From Desulfobacteraceae bacterium (GTDB taxonomy: Bacteria; Desulfobacterota; Desulfobacteria; Desulfobacterales; JACKCP01): 52,638 bases of DNA. Positions 49,127 to 52,638 of the stretch are shown here, in pieces (position 1 is the first letter of the stretch; every line of letters starts with the position of its first letter). The stretch is taken from NCBI GenBank assembly GCA_050253255.1, contig JBFWJK010000003.1, positions 1 through 52,638 on the forward strand, in the 5' to 3' direction. Under the pieces are notes generated by a model. It had not been told where the DNA came from, did not search any database, and saw nothing but the letters and a program-made list of their open reading frames with translations. The position numbers were made by a program, and so were the translations under genes.

Positions 49127-49864
49127 TCAAACAACCTCAACCATACCAAAACCACCACTATTTCGGCTCCCAAGTCCGGCACTTATTGCAAATTCCAAAA
49201 ACCGAGGGTCTCCTTCAATAAAATAATGTCCTGAATATCCTTTAATTACAGTTTTTTTAAAAACTCTGATCTGCTCTTTGCAAAACTGAATTCTCACAGG
49301 CTCAATTTTTAAATGATATAAACAATCTTCATCAAAAAGAGCTTTCCATTTTTTCTTCAGGTTATTATTTACAATTTCACTGAATTCTTTTTCCGAGGGA
49401 GAATAATAATAAGTCTTTTTTTCTCCGTCCTTTTTTTCCAGAGTTGAATGAACTTCTATAGGAGTTAAAGCATTTATTCTTACTTTGCTTTCTTCAATTT
49501 TTTCATCTGGAATTATTTCCACACCTGAGACATTTAAATTGTTTTTCCCAATTCTTACCTTTTCTGAAATTACTATATTTTGTGCAACCTGCTTTATAAT
49601 CCAGTCAACCGGAGAAGAAATAATAAAGCTTACTGAATCTGGGAAAATAAAAACTTTTTCTTTTTTAATAATTTCAGGCTTTTCAAGAAACGATGAAAAT
49701 GTAAAAAATTTAAAAGTCCGTTTTTCATATTTAAATCCGGTTTCATGCAGCCATTCAGAAGAAACACGATCTAAAAAATTATAAACCAATGCCTGCAGAT
49801 ACTCTGAAAAGCCAAATGGCACTTTTATTAATTTATCGTTTTGCAAAGAAATTTTAAGTTTCAT
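49127..49864 (-). CDS. cas6: crRNA processing endoribonuclease Cas6
   Basis: LH..GF, FK.FTFS, C-terminal Gly loop GLGSRNSGGFG. Confidence 0.96.
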   Translation of the reverse strand: MKLKISLQNDKLIKVPFGFSEYLQALVYNFLDRVSSEWLHETGFKYEKRTFKFFTFSSFLEKPEIIKKEKVFIFPDSVSFIISSPVDWIIKQVAQNIVISEKVRIGKNNLNVSGVEIIPDEKIEESKVRINALTPIEVHSTLEKKDGEKKTYYYSPSEKEFSEIVNNNLKKKWKALFDEDCLYHLKIEPVRIQFCKEQIRVFKKTVIKGYSGHYFIEGDPRFLEFAISAGLGSRNSGGFGMVEVV

Positions 49865-49906
49865 AAACTGTCCTGATTTTTAATTTTCAACAACCATAAC
49901 ACACAA

Positions 49907-49929
49907 GGTCTGTCAAAAACTGACAGACC
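49907..49929. promoter_or_regulatory. Palindromic operator candidate upstream of cas6
   Basis: GGTCTGTCA-N5-TGACAGACC perfect inverted repeat overlapping the WYL stop, about 43 nt before the cas6 ATG. Confidence 0.6.
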
Positions 49930-50884
49930 CAAGATATTTTTTTAAATTTTTTTTAAGTTTATCAATTACAAGCTCTTTTAAAAATTCAGGAGATTCAACA
50001 ACCACGCCATCGCCGTGGCGTAAAATCTCCATCACAAGCTCAGTTGGATTGCTGAAGGGAATTTCTAAAACAAGGTCTTTGCCTTCAAAATATTTTTTCT
50101 GATTCTTGTGCCAGATTTCGTCCTTGACCCAGTTTGAGTTTGGTTCAGAAAATCTTAATTTTGCGATGTGCCCGGCTTTTCCCGAAAAAACTCCAAAGCC
50201 GTCTTCAAGAAAGGAGTCTATTTCTTTAGAATCAATTTTTTTTGCATTTTTTTCTGTTTTTAAAATTTTTATTTTTTCAACAGAAAAGATTCTGAGTTCC
50301 TGTGTTTTTTCGCAGAAGGCACACAAATACCAGTTGTCTTTATAGTGGACAAGCCTCTGAGGATGGAGTTTTCTTGTGCTTTTTCTTGTACATGATCTTG
50401 TAAAATATTCAGCTTCAATAATTTCAAAATTTATCAAAGCAGAACAGACTTTTGAAAAACTGCCCTTTTTCATGATTCTTGAATAAAGGGGCATTACTTT
50501 AATCAATGATTTTAAATTTTTGGGTGAGTGGCCTGAGTTTGAAATTATTTCTTCAATTTTTTCGGTAAGAGGGCTTATTATTGATGAAATCCCAATTTCC
50601 TCACTTTTTTCAATAACCTGAAAACAGACAAATAAAGCATAAATTTCATCAGGACTCAGCCAGAAACCGGGAAGGTCGAATTTTTTTTCCGACTCATCAT
50701 AATAATATCCGTTTTTTTCAGGATCGTATTTTAATGGAGCTCCGTAATAATCAGTAAGGTTTTGTTTAAGCCTGTTTACTGTTGATTCAGAGCATTCGAG
50801 TTCTTCCATTATTCTTTTAAGGGAAGGATAACTAAGATTTTTTATAAGGGTATGGAACCTGTAAATTCGTTCTGTTTTGTTCAT
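49913..50884 (-). CDS. wHTH-WYL-WCX transcriptional regulator
   Basis: N-terminal HTH (EELECSESTVNR), 'R.LHPQRLVHYKDNWYL.AFC...LRIFSVEKI', 'WH..Q', 'ILRHGD.V.VESP'. Confidence 0.93.
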   Translation of the reverse strand: MNKTERIYRFHTLIKNLSYPSLKRIMEELECSESTVNRLKQNLTDYYGAPLKYDPEKNGYYYDESEKKFDLPGFWLSPDEIYALFVCFQVIEKSEEIGISSIISPLTEKIEEIISNSGHSPKNLKSLIKVMPLYSRIMKKGSFSKVCSALINFEIIEAEYFTRSCTRKSTRKLHPQRLVHYKDNWYLCAFCEKTQELRIFSVEKIKILKTEKNAKKIDSKEIDSFLEDGFGVFSGKAGHIAKLRFSEPNSNWVKDEIWHKNQKKYFEGKDLVLEIPFSNPTELVMEILRHGDGVVVESPEFLKELVIDKLKKNLKKYLGSVSF

Positions 50885-50966
50885 TTGACAATACCGGTGT
50901 TTTGATTATTTATTTACCAATATCATCAAATTATTATTAATCAAGATTTTTTAGTATGCTTTTGGT

Positions 50967-52638
50967 TTAAACTTCAATAATATAACCAATAAAATGGGAA
51001 ATTTCACCTTTGTCATCAATAATTTTTTTAACATGATGACGAAAGTCTTTTTTCTCTCCTGCATTTGTATAAATAGATACTGTTCTGTCTGCAAAAGTAA
51101 CTTCTGAGTTTTCCAGCTCTTCAAAATCTGACATTACTGCCGTGTAGTCTTTAATATCCATTATGTCTTTATAAAACACAGAGCCTGACAGAAATTCTGT
51201 TTCCGCATAGCCTGTAAGTTCTTCAATGTTTGAGCTTGCGCACTCCACAGGAAGTCCGCTGTCATTTTTCCAGATAACATAGGCAACAGGCCCGCGGTTG
51301 AAAAAATATTTCATTTCGCTCAAAAATCTTTCTTCACTTTTGTGCCTTGAAATTTCATAGGTGATTCCTACCATTCTTCTCGCTTCACCTGATTCCCCGC
51401 GCTCTATTACCTGTCCCTTGTCGCAGACCCATACAAAAGAACCATCCTTTCTTATCAGCCTGTGCTCGCTTATGTAATAATTTGTTTTACCTTCAAGATG
51501 CATGTTTATCGATTCTTTTGCAGCACTTCTTTCATTGGGATGAATGACTGAAATAAATTCATCAAGGTCACTTATATTTTTTTCTTCATAAAATCCCAGG
51601 AAATTTTTCCATGAATCCGAATATACAATCGTGCCTGTAACAGGATTTAATTCCCATACTCCTGTATCTGTTACATCTACTGCCTCGGAAATCATTTTTG
51701 AAACATTGTCTTCTATCGATTTCTCGCTGTACATATTTTTTATTATGAATACAAATCCGATTGATTCATTAAAATCTGAAGTAATGGCAGATGCATTGAG
51801 GGTTATCTGAATATCTCTTCTTGTAAAATCTGAGGGTGAACATTCAAATATTATTTTTTTGGTTTTGATTATTGACTCAAGAATATCGTCACTGTCGCCT
51901 ACATATGGTGATGAAACAGCAGCCCTGAAATTAAAAACATCTCTTATGTTTTTGCTGCCTGCATAATCCGGCGAAAGCCCTGTCATTATCTGAGCTGAAG
52001 AGTTAATTGCGGTTATAAACCCGCTTATGTCGGCAATTATAACACCCTCTTCAATTGCATCGAGTGAAGCTTTGAGATTCCTGTCCTTTTCAAGACTTAA
52101 ATTATAGTACTCGTCTTTTTCGGAAATAATATCAGATACTGTTCTGTTCATTCTTTCTGTATATGTATAAAGAAACATGATTATAATCATGCATACAAGA
52201 GTCCCCAGAAAAATTTCAATAAAAAAGTATTTAGAACCCGGATATCCGCCCTCAACCTTTTTCACAAAATATCCCCTTGAAAAAAACCTGAAAAGATCAC
52301 TGTGAAAATTTGCTCTCGATACAAGATAGGTTTCTTTAAACATTTTCAGAAACAAAAGTTCGGAGTCGTCTTTTTCTGCCTGCTCAAAAAGTTTTCTTGA
52401 TATATCCCGAAGCCCTGTTGAATAAATTTCTTCATGCCTGATTTCAGAACCGCCGTAGGATACAAAAATAAACTCATATCCAAAAAGTGCCTTCAGATCA
52501 TTTACAATTCCAGTTATGTCAAACACAACATTAAGGTACTGGTAAGTTCCGGTTCTTGAAATATCTGAAGAAATTATGTTTAAAAGAATCCTGTCATTTT
52601 CTATGCTTATAAGCGAGACTTTTTCATTTTCATTGAGT
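50967..52638 (-). CDS. Membrane sensor with three PAS/PAC domains (5' end beyond the window)
   Basis: Frame stays open from 52526 to the window edge; TM near 'IEIFLGTLVCMIIIMFLY'; PAS motifs incl. IHPNE, EHRLIRKDGSFVWV. Confidence 0.8.
   Translation of the reverse strand, partial: LNENEKVSLISIENDRILLNIISSDISRTGTYQYLNVVFDITGIVNDLKALFGYEFIFVSYGGSEIRHEEIYSTGLRDISRKLFEQAEKDDSELLFLKMFKETYLVSRANFHSDLFRFFSRGYFVKKVEGGYPGSKYFFIEIFLGTLVCMIIIMFLYTYTERMNRTVSDIISEKDEYYNLSLEKDRNLKASLDAIEEGVIIADISGFITAINSSAQIMTGLSPDYAGSKNIRDVFNFRAAVSSPYVGDSDDILESIIKTKKIIFECSPSDFTRRDIQITLNASAITSDFNESIGFVFIIKNMYSEKSIEDNVSKMISEAVDVTDTGVWELNPVTGTIVYSDSWKNFLGFYEEKNISDLDEFISVIHPNERSAAKESINMHLEGKTNYYISEHRLIRKDGSFVWVCDKGQVIERGESGEARRMVGITYEISRHKSEERFLSEMKYFFNRGPVAYVIWKNDSGLPVECASSNIEELTGYAETEFLSGSVFYKDIMDIKDYTAVMSDFEELENSEVTFADRTVSIYTNAGEKKDFRHHVKKIIDDKGEISHFIGYIIEV

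Overview
AT-rich bacterial chromosomal window; gene content and style suggest a sulfate-reducing Desulfobacterota member (inference). The left ~29 kb is mostly housekeeping and metabolic: radC, gpsA, gyrA, thiolase, an rsgA paralog, rarA, der, an ErcA/ErcS-like sensor pair, an enoate reductase, and a TonB2-type operon with one frameshifted exbB. It also holds an unusual membrane-anchored sensor fused to a Schlafen/AlbA_2 domain. The right ~22 kb is one minus-strand CRISPR-Cas locus: WYL regulator, cas6, cas8b (with a hidden internal cas11 start), cas7, cas5, cas3, cas4, then a type III-B cassette (cmr1, HD-less cas10/cmr2, cmr3, a divergent CARF/PD-(D/E)xK Card1/Can2-like effector, cmr4, cmr5, and cmr6 fused to an N-terminal cold-shock domain), then cas1, cas2, the leader and an array of about 71 repeats (manual count). 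The best candidates for undescribed biology are the hybrid I-B/III-B system with its CSD-Cmr6 fusion and WYL operator, and the sensor-Schlafen protein. All calls come from reading motifs by eye; no searches were run.
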